Shown: piece by piece, positions 36,893-45,867 of the stretch
Layout of the letters: the number at the start of each line of letters is the position of its first letter
Numbering within the stretch: the stretch's first letter is position 1
Source: Solirubrobacteraceae bacterium
GTDB lineage: Bacteria; Actinomycetota; Thermoleophilia; Solirubrobacterales; Solirubrobacteraceae
Reading direction: 5' to 3'
Assembly: GCA_052148275.1 (NCBI GenBank)
Contig: JBKQIR010000013.1
Span: 17,446 to 81,445 of the forward strand
DNA: 64,000 nucleotides
Translations under genes and position numbers: made by a program
Notes under the pieces: model-generated
Seen by the model: the letters and a program-made list of their open reading frames with translations, nothing else
What the model was told of the DNA's origin: nothing
Databases searched by the model: none

Positions 36893-37572
36893 GCTCGCCC
36901 CGTCTCCAGCTCGATTCGCATCGCGCGCGCCAGCTGACCGCCGAGCGGTAGCTCACGCGCGCCGCTGCGCACGAACACGGGTCCCCCGAACGGCTGACGA
37001 CTTGTCACTTCGAGGCGATCGCCGAGCGCGATTCCGTGATCGGCGAGGTACCGCAGCATTTCAGGATCGGAGTCCGAAACGCGCACGAACCGCCCGACTG
37101 CGCCTGGCTGAAGCTCATCCAGGCTCCGCGTCTCGCGCTCCTGGATCTCGAGCCTGGCCGTGGGGATCGGGTCACCATGCGGGTCGACCGTCGGATCGCC
37201 GAGCCTTGCGGAGATGAGCTGTTCGAGCTCCTCGGAGAGCACGTGCTCGAGCACCTCCGCCTCGTCGTGCACGCGATCCCACGGCATCCCCAACTCCTTA
37301 GCCAGGAAGAGCTCGAGTAGTCGGTGGTGGCGCAGCACCTCGAGCGCCACGCGGCGCCCCTGCTCGGTGAGTCGCACGCCGTGGTAGGGCTCGTGCTCGA
37401 CCAGACCAAGCTCGGAGAGCTTGCGCACCATCCCCGACACCGAGGCGGGGGTGACACCCAGGCGCTCGGCCAATTCGTTCGTCGATACCGCCGCGCCTTT
37501 CCGAGCCTCGAGCGCGTAGACGGCCTTGGCGTAGTCCTGAACGTGAGGAGATATCGACTCGGACTCGGCCAC
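36889..37572 (-). CDS. mntR: DtxR/MntR family metal-dependent repressor with a FeoA/SH3-like domain
   Basis: QDYAKAVY, SVSGMVRKL, RHHRLLELFL, VHDEAEVLEH, DPHGDPIP. Confidence 0.92.
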   Translation of the reverse strand: MAESESISPHVQDYAKAVYALEARKGAAVSTNELAERLGVTPASVSGMVRKLSELGLVEHEPYHGVRLTEQGRRVALEVLRHHRLLELFLAKELGMPWDRVHDEAEVLEHVLSEELEQLISARLGDPTVDPHGDPIPTARLEIQERETRSLDELQPGAVGRFVRVSDSDPEMLRYLADHGIALGDRLEVTSRQPFGGPVFVRSGARELPLGGQLARAMRIELETGRA

Positions 37573-37608
37573 AGTTGATATTTAGGCAGGCCAAACTCTT
37601 TTTGTCAA
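37573..37608 (-). promoter_or_regulatory. Housekeeping-sigma promoter with an overlapping DtxR-type operator, probably leaderless
   Basis: On the minus strand TTGACA (37608-37603) is followed by 17-18 nt and then TAAATAT, a few nt before the GTG. The imperfect palindrome GTTTGGCCTGCCTAAA (37596-37581) lies between them. Confidence 0.6.
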
Positions 37609-37836
37609 GACTCCACAAGAGCGAGGCAATGAATTCCGACCGGCACCCCACCGACAGAAGACCTCGAAGATCTCCCGCCCGACGCGGTCAGCGTGTCGAT
37701 CTGATGCAGGTGTGGATGCCGCTGAGCTGCGACCGGAGGTTCCGGTCTGACGCAGGCAGGCCACAAGAAACTGGTAAGACGAATCGCCGTCGTCGCACGG
37801 GTAATTGGTGAAAGACCCCTGCTGGCATTCCGTACA

Positions 37837-38862
37837 TTGACCGGATACTCTGGCCCGGTTCTGCACGCTCGTCGTCATAGCCGCGTTCTCGCCACCGGCG
37901 ATGTGCTCGCCGATGTGCGCTCTGCTCGCTCAGAGCCTTGGGCCGGTGATTCTTCCGCGGCCGCCGAGCTCGAGCGACGAGGACGCATGGTCGCGTGGTT
38001 GGTGTTGGCCTGCGTCGTGTTGCCATCGACCGTCGCATGCGTGACGCGCATCGGATCAAATGGTCCGCCTGCCGTGAGGACGTCGAAGGCAGCCGGCGTG
38101 AGGACCGCAAGCAACGAGGGCCTGAGGATCTCCTCCCAGCAACGCTCGGATGCACAGCTGGCAGCGGCACTCAGTCACGATCTCGCGCCCGTGAGCGCCT
38201 CCAGAGCGGGCCTTTACGGCCTCCGAGCGGGATCGTTGCAAGCACGCGCGGCGAGCGCGAGGAACATCGCTCGTCTGGAGCGCAACGCTGCGTCGAGCCT
38301 TGCCGGGCTGGCGACGCCGGCACGCGACCGCCAGGCGATGGCGGCCCTCCGCAGCTCGCTCGCAGCCGAGGCAGCGGCCTTCGCCGCCCTCGGTGCGGCG
38401 GCCGCGGGCGACAACCGTTCTGCGTATGCCGGCGCGCGCTCGATGGTGTTGGCTGCGAGCAACCAGCTCAGCGTGGCGGCAGCGCTCTTCACCAGGCAAG
38501 GCTTTGCGCTTCCACCCCTGCAAACGTTGTATCTCGTCTCGCTGCCCTCCTCGCCTGCCCGGCCGGGAGCGCCTTCGCAGAGACAAGCGGTCACGCCGGT
38601 CACGCAGCAGCCGGTCGCACCGGTCACGCAGCAGCCGGTCGCAGCGAAGCCGGTCGCACCGGTCACGCAGCCGGCGGTCGCACCGGTCACCCCGCAGCAG
38701 GCTGCGCCACCCAGTTCGTCGCCCGCAACCGGTTCCAGTGCAACACCCGGATCGACCGATGGCAAGCCACTATCCCCAGTCGTCGTCGTCGTTCCGGCCG
38801 GATCGACGACATCGTCGCATGCGACATCGCCGTCCACAGTGGTCGTGGTGCCAGGCGGGTGA
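37837..38862 (+). CDS. Membrane-anchored/secreted protein with a Pro/Gln-rich repeat tail
   Basis: Hydrophobic MVAWLVLACVVLP segment, a helical Ala-rich domain and PVTQQ repeats. The stop overlaps the next GTG. Start uncertain. Confidence 0.55.
   Translation: MTGYSGPVLHARRHSRVLATGDVLADVRSARSEPWAGDSSAAAELERRGRMVAWLVLACVVLPSTVACVTRIGSNGPPAVRTSKAAGVRTASNEGLRISSQQRSDAQLAAALSHDLAPVSASRAGLYGLRAGSLQARAASARNIARLERNAASSLAGLATPARDRQAMAALRSSLAAEAAAFAALGAAAAGDNRSAYAGARSMVLAASNQLSVAAALFTRQGFALPPLQTLYLVSLPSSPARPGAPSQRQAVTPVTQQPVAPVTQQPVAAKPVAPVTQPAVAPVTPQQAAPPSSSPATGSSATPGSTDGKPLSPVVVVVPAGSTTSSHATSPSTVVVVPGG
38590..38700 (+). repeat. Coding tandem repeats (PVAPVTQQ-like)
   Basis: Repeated ccggtcgcaccggtcacgcag units. 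Confidence 0.8.
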
Positions 38863-41261
38863 ATCGCGCCGTGGCCTTTCTCCAAGTCACCTGCGCCAGG
38901 AGACTGCGAGCGGTGGGGTTGTTGCTGGTCCTCACGCTGGCCTTCCTGCCTGTGTTCGTCCAGGTCGGCCGAGCGTTCGCCGCGCCGTCGGTGTCTCCGA
39001 AAGTGAGTCGCATCGCGCCGGCGGCCGGGCCGCTCGGCGGTGGCACGAAAGTGACGATCACCGGATCGGGATTCACCGGCGCAACTGCGGTCCACTTCGG
39101 AGCGGCCGTGGCATCATTTACGGGCGACTCAGCCACGCAGATCACGGCGACGGCGCCGGTTGGGTCGCCCGGCGCCGTGAACGTGACGGTAAAGACCGCA
39201 GGTGGCACGTCTGCGACCAGCAAGGCTGATCTGTTCACATACGATCCGGTGCCGACGGTCACGGGCATCGCGCCGTCGGCCGGACCTGTGAACGGGGGAA
39301 CGCAGGCGACGATCACCGGTACCGGGTTCACCGGTGCAACCGCGGTCCACTTCGGGGCGACCGTGGCATCACTTAAGTCCGACTCGGCCACGCAGATCGT
39401 GGCGACCGCGCCGGTTGGGCCGCCCGGCGCCGCGGACGTGACGGTAACGACCGCAGGTGGCACGTCTGCGACCAGCAAGGCTGACCTGTTCACCTACGAT
39501 CCGGTGCCGACGGTCACGGGCATCGCGCCCTCGGCCGGGCCTGTCGGCGGGGGGACGCAGGTGACGATCACGGGTACCGGGTTCACCGGCGCGACAGGTA
39601 TCGACTTCGGGGGGACCGCGGCGCCATCATTCACGGTGGACTCAGACACGCAAATCACGGCCAACTCGCCGGCCGGGTCGGCGGGCGTCGTGGATGTGAC
39701 CGTCGTGAGTCCGGGTGGGACCTCAGCGACACACAGCGCCGACGCGTTCACCTACGATGCCGTCGTCAACCCTGACCACGTGGGGACGGTGACCGGCGTC
39801 AGCCCGGATGCGGGGCCACCGGTCGGGGGCGTCGCCGTGACAATCACCGGCACGGGCTTCGATGGCGCGACGGCAGTCGCTTTTGGGGCCGTCGCGGCAC
39901 TGTTCAAGGTCGACTCAGCCACGCAGATCACGGCGATCGCGCCGGCCGAGTCGCCGGGCACTGTGGACGTGACGGTAACGAACGCGGGTGGAGCATCGGC
40001 GACCAGCACGGCTGATCTGTTCACCTACGATCTGGTGCCGACGGTCATGGGGATCAGCCCGGCGTCTGGCGAGACGTCAGGTGGGGCTTTGGTGACCATC
40101 TCGGGGACGGGCTTCGACGGCGCGACAGCGGTCGACTTCGGGGCCACGGCAGCACGATCGTTCACTGTCGATTCAGCCACGCAGATCACGGCGACAGCGC
40201 CGCAGGAGCCTGCGGGAACGATCAGCGTGACGGTGGAGGCCCCGGGTGGCACGTCGGACGTCGACAACGCTGATCAGTTCACGTACACCAACGTGCCGGT
40301 GACGCCCGCCGTCTTCGGACTCAGTCCGTCGGCAGGTCCGGTCGGTGGCGCGACGAAGGTCACGATCACGGGCTCGAACCTGACCGGTGCGACTGCAGTG
40401 CAGTTTGGGTCAGAGAACGCGGTCTCGTTTGAGGTGGTTTCGGCAAACGAGATCATCGCCGTCTCACCACCGGGTGGCGCCGGCACTGTTGAGGTGCTGG
40501 TCGCGCAGGCGGGCGCCGACTCGATCTCGTCCTTGCCCGCCGGTGCGTTCACATACGCGTACGCACCCACGGTGAGGCCTGGTGCTGTGAGCGGCGCGAT
40601 GCCCACGACGGCGACGCTCAACGCCGCGATCAACCCGAACGGACTTCCCCTCACCAGCTGTCAGTTCCAATACGGCATCACATCCAGCTACGGACAGACA
40701 GCCGCGTGCGCACAGCCGGTCTCCAAGACGACGGTCCCGGTGGCTGTCAGCGCCGTGCTCAATGGCCTCGCGCCCGCGACGAGCTACCGCTACCGAATCA
40801 CCGCGACAACCGCGGCCGGTACGACCGACGGGCCCGCCGCGACCTTCACCACACCACAATTGCAGCCCGTCGGCGTGCCGCTCGTTGGTCTTCTGCTGCA
40901 GCGAGTCACGCGTCGCGCAGGGGTCATCGGCAAGCTGCTGGGAATCCAGGGAATCACCAGGGCGGCCCGCGGCGAGTCGCTCGTCCTGCGCTGCGTCAAG
41001 GCCTGCTCTGACCTGCTCGCGTTGGACATCCCGCTCGACGCCCGTGTCCTGCCACGCAGGATCACGCTCGCGCGTGCCCTCCTCATCTCATCAGCAACAC
41101 GGATTGAGATCGACGTATCAGCGCGCGGCAAGCTGAGCCGTTATGCCAGGTACGCGTTCACCACCTCAGGCCCGAACCTCGATGTGCGCATCACCAGAAG
41201 CGGCTGTCTGACCCCTGCGGGAAGGGTCGTGAAGTGTCCCGGTGCCGTCCGCGCACCGTAG
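38859..41261 (+). CDS. Secreted IPT/TIG-repeat surface protein (6 IPT, FnIII-like module, C-terminal Cys domain)
   Basis: Signal peptide from GTG 38859 (GTGA overlap), six P.V.GI.P..GP..GGT.VTITG.GF.GAT.V.FG units, then ATLNAAINPNG...QFQYG. Confidence 0.88.
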   Translation: MNRAVAFLQVTCARRLRAVGLLLVLTLAFLPVFVQVGRAFAAPSVSPKVSRIAPAAGPLGGGTKVTITGSGFTGATAVHFGAAVASFTGDSATQITATAPVGSPGAVNVTVKTAGGTSATSKADLFTYDPVPTVTGIAPSAGPVNGGTQATITGTGFTGATAVHFGATVASLKSDSATQIVATAPVGPPGAADVTVTTAGGTSATSKADLFTYDPVPTVTGIAPSAGPVGGGTQVTITGTGFTGATGIDFGGTAAPSFTVDSDTQITANSPAGSAGVVDVTVVSPGGTSATHSADAFTYDAVVNPDHVGTVTGVSPDAGPPVGGVAVTITGTGFDGATAVAFGAVAALFKVDSATQITAIAPAESPGTVDVTVTNAGGASATSTADLFTYDLVPTVMGISPASGETSGGALVTISGTGFDGATAVDFGATAARSFTVDSATQITATAPQEPAGTISVTVEAPGGTSDVDNADQFTYTNVPVTPAVFGLSPSAGPVGGATKVTITGSNLTGATAVQFGSENAVSFEVVSANEIIAVSPPGGAGTVEVLVAQAGADSISSLPAGAFTYAYAPTVRPGAVSGAMPTTATLNAAINPNGLPLTSCQFQYGITSSYGQTAACAQPVSKTTVPVAVSAVLNGLAPATSYRYRITATTAAGTTDGPAATFTTPQLQPVGVPLVGLLLQRVTRRAGVIGKLLGIQGITRAARGESLVLRCVKACSDLLALDIPLDARVLPRRITLARALLISSATRIEIDVSARGKLSRYARYAFTTSGPNLDVRITRSGCLTPAGRVVKCPGAVRAP
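38995..40560 (+). repeat. Six IPT/TIG repeats with about 255-bp period
   Basis: The junction sequence gcaggtggcacgtctgcgaccagcaaggctga...tacgatccggtgccgacggtcacgggcatcgcgcc is near-identical at about 39199 and 39454. Confidence 0.85.
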
Positions 41262-41305
41262 AGCCGAAGTCGTTGCGGGTTCCGATCCTGCCGCCCGCCG
41301 TAGCC

Positions 41306-42940
41306 TCATGCACTCGATCGAGACGGCGCGAGCACGACGGCCAGTGGCTGCGTGTTGAGGACGTCGGCAGCGGTCGCCCACCCTCGGCGCGCGGTCGCGA
41401 CCGCGTAGCGCATGTTGTCCAGGCCGCGGACGGAGTGCGCGTCGGTGGAGCAGACGACCCGCACGCCGGCGGCGAGTGCGTCGCGGACGTGCTCGCCGCT
41501 GAGGTCGAGGCGGAGCGGGAGGCCGTTGACCTCCAGGTAAACACCCTCGTCGAGCGCGACCTCGTAGATGCGCTCGAGGTCGAGGGCGTTCTCGGGCCGG
41601 CGGTTGATGTAGCGGCCCGTGGGATGGCTGAGGCAGCGGACGTGCGGGTTACGCAGTGCCGCCTCGACGCGCCGGGTCATTTCGCGGCGGGGGGCGCGCT
41701 GGCCGCCGTGGACGCTCGCCTGCACCCAGTCGAGCTCGGCAAGCACGTCGTCGGGTAGATCGAGTCGGCCGTCGGGCAGGATGTCGCACTCGATGCCGCG
41801 CAGGACGCGGAAGGGGGCAACGAGCTCGTTGACGCGCGCAATCTCGTCGGCCTGGCGCCGGACGTCGTCGGGCTTCAGGCCCGGAACGGCGCCGACGGCG
41901 GGCGTGTGATCGCAGATCGCGAGGTACTCGTAGCCGCGCGCCGCCGCGGCGCGGGCCATCTCCGCGACGCTGGCGGTGCCGTCCGAGCGGGTCGTGTGGC
42001 AATGCAGGTCGCCACGGATGCCGCCGAGCTCCACCAGCGCGGGCGGTTCGCCCCGGAACGGCTGCTCTCGTAGCTCGGGCGGACACCACGGCACGCGCAG
42101 CCGGCCGAACACGTCCATCTCCGAAGCGCCGTCCTCGGGAAGCGGCTCGAGCCCGGCGAGATAGGCCGGCGAGCCGGTGGCGCGCACCAGTGCGGTTCCG
42201 AACGCCTGGGGTGCGGTCGCGACGACCTCGATCGGCACCCCCTCGACGGTCACCCCGACCGCTCGGCGCTCGCTCTGCTCGATCACCGCCACGATCTGGG
42301 GCAGCTCGGCGAACCGCGCCAGCACGGTGCGCGGGTCCTCGGCTGCGCACACGACCGCGAGGCGGGAGCACGAGTCCCGCCATCGGCGCACGTCGCCGGC
42401 CGCCTGGCCGTCGAGCGCGTCCGCGATCCTGCCGACCAGCTCGCGCGCGCGGCTCAGCAGCAGTCCCTCGCGCGGCCACGCCACGTCCTCCCGGGCCAGG
42501 ATCTCGAGGAGCTGCGCCTCGGTCGCCGGTCCGATGCCCGGCACGCTGCGCAGACGACCCGCGGCCGCCGCCTCGCGGAGCTCGCGCGCGGTGCGGATAC
42601 CGAGCGACCGCGCCAGCTCCACAGAGCGCTTGGCGCTGAGCCCGAGATAGCGGCCGATGCCGATGAGATCCGGCGCGAGCTCACGCTCGAGCTCGACCAG
42701 CTCCGCGATCTGCCCGGTGTCGACCAGCTCGCGCAGGCGGGAGTCAATCCCTGCACCGATCCCGCGCAGCTCACGCGCTCGCCCGGTCCGGACGAGCTCG
42801 ACGACAGGCAAGGCGGCGCCGCGGATCGTCTCGGCCGCGCGGCGGTACGCCCGAGCGGAATACGGATTCGCCTGCTGGAGCTCGAGCAACGACGCGAACG
42901 CATCCAACCGGTCGGCGAGCTCGCGATTCTCCACAGCCAT
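41306..42940 (-). CDS. polX: Family X DNA polymerase-like / PHP domain protein with an altered polymerase site
   Basis: AYRRAA, HhH motifs GIGAGI and VPGIG, ATGS; PHP motifs DLHCHT, CDH, GIECDI, HPTGR, STDAH. Confidence 0.88.
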   Translation of the reverse strand: MAVENRELADRLDAFASLLELQQANPYSARAYRRAAETIRGAALPVVELVRTGRARELRGIGAGIDSRLRELVDTGQIAELVELERELAPDLIGIGRYLGLSAKRSVELARSLGIRTARELREAAAAGRLRSVPGIGPATEAQLLEILAREDVAWPREGLLLSRARELVGRIADALDGQAAGDVRRWRDSCSRLAVVCAAEDPRTVLARFAELPQIVAVIEQSERRAVGVTVEGVPIEVVATAPQAFGTALVRATGSPAYLAGLEPLPEDGASEMDVFGRLRVPWCPPELREQPFRGEPPALVELGGIRGDLHCHTTRSDGTASVAEMARAAAARGYEYLAICDHTPAVGAVPGLKPDDVRRQADEIARVNELVAPFRVLRGIECDILPDGRLDLPDDVLAELDWVQASVHGGQRAPRREMTRRVEAALRNPHVRCLSHPTGRYINRRPENALDLERIYEVALDEGVYLEVNGLPLRLDLSGEHVRDALAAGVRVVCSTDAHSVRGLDNMRYAVATARRGWATAADVLNTQPLAVVLAPSRSSA

Positions 42941-43029
42941 AGTGTGCTGCGCACACCCGCTGGCGGCGCTGACCTCACGCGATCGCTTGATCCACGAAAC
43001 GGCGACACTCCCGCACGGTGGGTCCTCCT

Positions 43030-43056
43030 TGTCACATCTCTTCGCTTACAGGGGTC
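43030..43056 (+). promoter_or_regulatory. ECF41-type promoter candidate
   Basis: TGTCACA-N16-GGTC, compared with the published ECF41 consensus TGTCACA-N16-CGTC; sits immediately upstream of an ECF sigma remnant. Confidence 0.5.
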
Positions 43057-43059
43057 CTG

Positions 43060-43496
43060 GTGGTAGAACCGAGGCACGGGCGGGAGCTGCCGTTCGGCGT
43101 GCGCATTCCCGATCCGATCGTCGATCCCGCCGACGGCACCGATCCGGAGCACGAGGCGCTCCTTGCGGACTCGGTCGGGCTCGCGTTGCTGATTGTCCGC
43201 GCTCGTCGCGGTGCTCGACCCCGACGTGGTGCTGCGTGGCCGACTTCGGTGGCGGCGTGAGGCAGGAAGTGCGCGGCGCCGGGGCCGTGGCGAGCCGGGC
43301 CCAGGCCTATTCGCGGCTGGGTCTCGTCATCCATCCGGCGCTCGTCAACGGCGCCGTCGGCACGGTCACGACACGTGATGGCCGTCCGTTCTCGATCGGC
43401 GCCGTCACGGTGCGCGACGGCAAGATCGTCGAGCTGGACTTCCTGTCTGACCCGGAGCGCCTCGCCCAGCTCGACCTGACGGCGCTGGGCGGCTGA
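43060..43496 (+). pseudogene. Internally deleted ECF sigma factor with a SnoaL-like C-terminal extension (SigJ/ECF41-like)
   Basis: IPDPIV..ADGTDPEHEALLADSVGLALL jumps directly to ALVAVLDPDVVLR...LVNGAVG...DGKIVELDFLSDPERL with frame changes. The sigma2 and sigma4 regions are absent. Confidence 0.8.
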
Positions 43497-43662
43497 CGAT
43501 GCCGTTCGCGCGGCAGCGCCCGGTCACTTTGGCCGCGCCCCCAGGCAGCCTGATCATCGGGTCCGCCCCGAGAATCAGTCAGAGCCCCGACACTCGCGCG
43601 GCAACGAGCGGCGAGACCGGCGCCGCTGCCGCGGCCGGCAGCGGTCTGTGCGCCGCTGCCCG

Positions 43663-43680
43663 GTGAAACCGCTGTGAAAC
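43663..43680 (+). promoter_or_regulatory. OmpR-type direct repeat upstream of the response regulator
   Basis: gtgaaac-cgct-gtgaaac, 11-bp period, about 40 nt before the ATG. Confidence 0.5.
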
Positions 43681-43717
43681 ACTCCTGCGGCTAGCTTCAT
43701 CGGGAGAGGAGTGGCCG

Positions 43718-44380
43718 ATGCGGGTGCTGGTGATCGAGGACGACGAGGAGCTGGCTGAGACGGTCGCCGCCGGCCTGCGCCAGGCGCGGATGGCGGTCGA
43801 CATCGCTCTGGACGGCGAGGCCGGCCTGGCGCGAGCGCTCGTCCACGATTACGAGGTGATCGTGCTTGATCGCGACCTGCCGGCCGTCCATGGCGATGAG
43901 GTGTGTGCGAGGCTCGTCGCCGCCGGCGGCCGCAGCCGGGTGCTGATGCTGACCGGCGCGGCGGAGAATGAGGACCTCATCGACGGGCTTGGGCTCGGCG
44001 CCGACGACTACATGACCAAGCCGTTTGACTTTCCGGTGCTGATCGCACGGATCGGCGCGCTCGCCCGCCGAGCGCAGCCGAGCATCCCTCCGGTGCTCGC
44101 GCACGGCGACGTCGTGCTCGACACCGCCGGGCGCTGCGCCCACCGGGCCGGTATGCCGCTTGCGTTGAGGCCCAAGGAGTTCGGGGTGCTGGAGCTGCTG
44201 CTCGCCGCCCAAGGCCGAGTCGTCTCGGCCGAGGAGCTGCTCGCACGCGTCTGGGACGAGGCGGCCGACCCGTTCACCGGCGCGGTCAAGATCACGATCA
44301 GCCGGCTGCGAGCCAAGCTCGGCGACCCGCCCGTGATCCAAACCGTAACCAGGGCCGGCTATCGCATCGGAGGACAGTAA
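43718..44380 (+). CDS. OmpR-family response regulator (CutR/VanR-like)
   Basis: VLVIEDD, VLDRDLP (phospho-Asp), GADDYMTKPF, wHTH with ISRLRAKLG and GYRI. Confidence 0.93.
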   Translation: MRVLVIEDDEELAETVAAGLRQARMAVDIALDGEAGLARALVHDYEVIVLDRDLPAVHGDEVCARLVAAGGRSRVLMLTGAAENEDLIDGLGLGADDYMTKPFDFPVLIARIGALARRAQPSIPPVLAHGDVVLDTAGRCAHRAGMPLALRPKEFGVLELLLAAQGRVVSAEELLARVWDEAADPFTGAVKITISRLRAKLGDPPVIQTVTRAGYRIGGQ

Positions 44381-45858
44381 TGCGCCGCGCAGCCCACGTC
44401 GTCACGCCCCGCTCGTGGTTGCGTCTGCCGCGCCGTAGCGCCCGGCTCCGGCTCACCGCCCTCTACGGCGGGTTGTTCCTTCTCTCCGGCGCCGCGCTGG
44501 TCGCCATCACCTACGTCCTCTTTCAACAGGCGACCGAGTACACGAAGCCGCACTTACCGGACATCCCTCGCACGCCCGCCCCTCAGCGACTCCAGCTGCC
44601 TCAGCTGGCCCGGTTCCTACCTCAGCTGGCATATGACCAGCAACAGCTGGCCAAGGCCCAGCATCAGCTGATACAGATCCGCATGCCGGCCGGGCAGACT
44701 AGGCCGCCCCTGGCACCGCACCTACCTCAGCTGGCACCGTACCTACCTCAGCTCGCACAGGACCGGCGCCGGCTCGCCCAGAACCAGCATCAGCTGACAC
44801 ACGCAGTGAATCAGCTGGCACAGGCCGTGCATCGAGTGGCACAGGCCGGGTCGGTCGAAGCCGCACAACGCGATGCCGACTCGCACCAGCTTCTGGTCAA
44901 CTCCGGAATCGCTCTGGCCATCGTGGCCGTTATTGCCGTTCTCCTGGGGTGGCTCGTAGCGGGTCGAGTGCTGGGACCGGTTCGGGCGATCACCGCCACC
45001 GCCCGCAGGATCTCAGCCACCAATCTGCATGAGCGTCTCGCCCTCGACGGCGCCGACGAAGAATTCAAGCAGCTGGGCGACACCCTCGATGATCTGTTCG
45101 CGCGCCTCGAAGCGTCCTTCGAGGCGCAGCGCCAGTTCGTCGCCAACGCCTCACACGAGCTGCGCGCGCCCTTGACCCGCCAGCGAGCGCAGATCCAGGT
45201 CGCGCTTGCCAACCCCGAAGCGGACCTCGCCTCCCTGCGCACCGCTCACGAGCGCGTGCTTGCATCCGAGCAGCACCTGGAGCAGATGATCGACGCCCTG
45301 CTCGCTCTCACCCGCAGCCAGGCAGGATTGGAGCGCCGTGAGCACCTCGACCTCGCGGCCCTCGCCTCCGAGGCCATGCTTGCGCGCGAGTCACAGCTGG
45401 CAGGCCTCGATCTCGACGTTCGCGCGACGCTGGCCACAGCGCCGACCACGGGCGATCCACGACTGCTCGAGCGCCTGATCGCCAACCTGATCGACAACGC
45501 GATACGCCACAACATCCCGGGCGGACATGTCGAGATCACCACCGGGACGCGTGACCGGCACGCCTTCGTGTCGATCGCGAACACCGGCCCGACCGTCCCG
45601 CCCGAGGAGATTCAGCGTCTCTTCCAACCCTTCGAGCGACTGGACGGCGCCCGTACCCGCCACAACAGCGGCCACGGGCTGGGGCTCTCCATCGTCCAGG
45701 CGATCGCCAACGCGCACAGGACCGAGCTCAGCGCTCGCGCGCGACCGGGGGGCGGACTCACCATCGAAGTCTCGTTCCCGCCCGCGATCGGCGCCGGCTC
45801 CGAGCTGAGGTTCGCCACCGCTTGGACAAAACGCGGCAGCCCGAGCGTCCGGCGATAG
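44380..45858 (+). CDS. Sensor histidine kinase (HAMP-HisKA-HATPase)
   Basis: TAATG coupling, two TM segments, ANASHELRAP (H-box), NLIDNAIRHN, GLGLSIV. Confidence 0.93.
   Translation: MRRAAHVVTPRSWLRLPRRSARLRLTALYGGLFLLSGAALVAITYVLFQQATEYTKPHLPDIPRTPAPQRLQLPQLARFLPQLAYDQQQLAKAQHQLIQIRMPAGQTRPPLAPHLPQLAPYLPQLAQDRRRLAQNQHQLTHAVNQLAQAVHRVAQAGSVEAAQRDADSHQLLVNSGIALAIVAVIAVLLGWLVAGRVLGPVRAITATARRISATNLHERLALDGADEEFKQLGDTLDDLFARLEASFEAQRQFVANASHELRAPLTRQRAQIQVALANPEADLASLRTAHERVLASEQHLEQMIDALLALTRSQAGLERREHLDLAALASEAMLARESQLAGLDLDVRATLATAPTTGDPRLLERLIANLIDNAIRHNIPGGHVEITTGTRDRHAFVSIANTGPTVPPEEIQRLFQPFERLDGARTRHNSGHGLGLSIVQAIANAHRTELSARARPGGGLTIEVSFPPAIGAGSELRFATAWTKRGSPSVRR
44596..44796 (+). repeat. 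126-nt-period duplication in the kinase sensor loop
   Basis: LPQLARFLPQLAYDQQQLAKAQHQL (44596-44670) and LPQLAPYLPQLAQDRRRLAQNQHQL (44722-44796). Confidence 0.8.
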
Positions 45859-45867
45859 TCTTCTGGC

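Noticed and set aside
37995-38858. N-terminal extension making the IPT protein 1088 aa
   Set aside because: It overlaps the 37837-38862 gene in another frame. A proper signal peptide begins at GTG 38859 with a GTGA overlap.
38590-40560. CRISPR array or non-coding repeat array
   Set aside because: The repeats are in-frame coding repeats with no unique spacers, and there are no cas genes.
43718-45858. vanRS glycopeptide-resistance locus
   Set aside because: The regulator is of the CutR/VanR type, but there are no vanHAX, vanJ/K or D,D-peptidase genes in the window.
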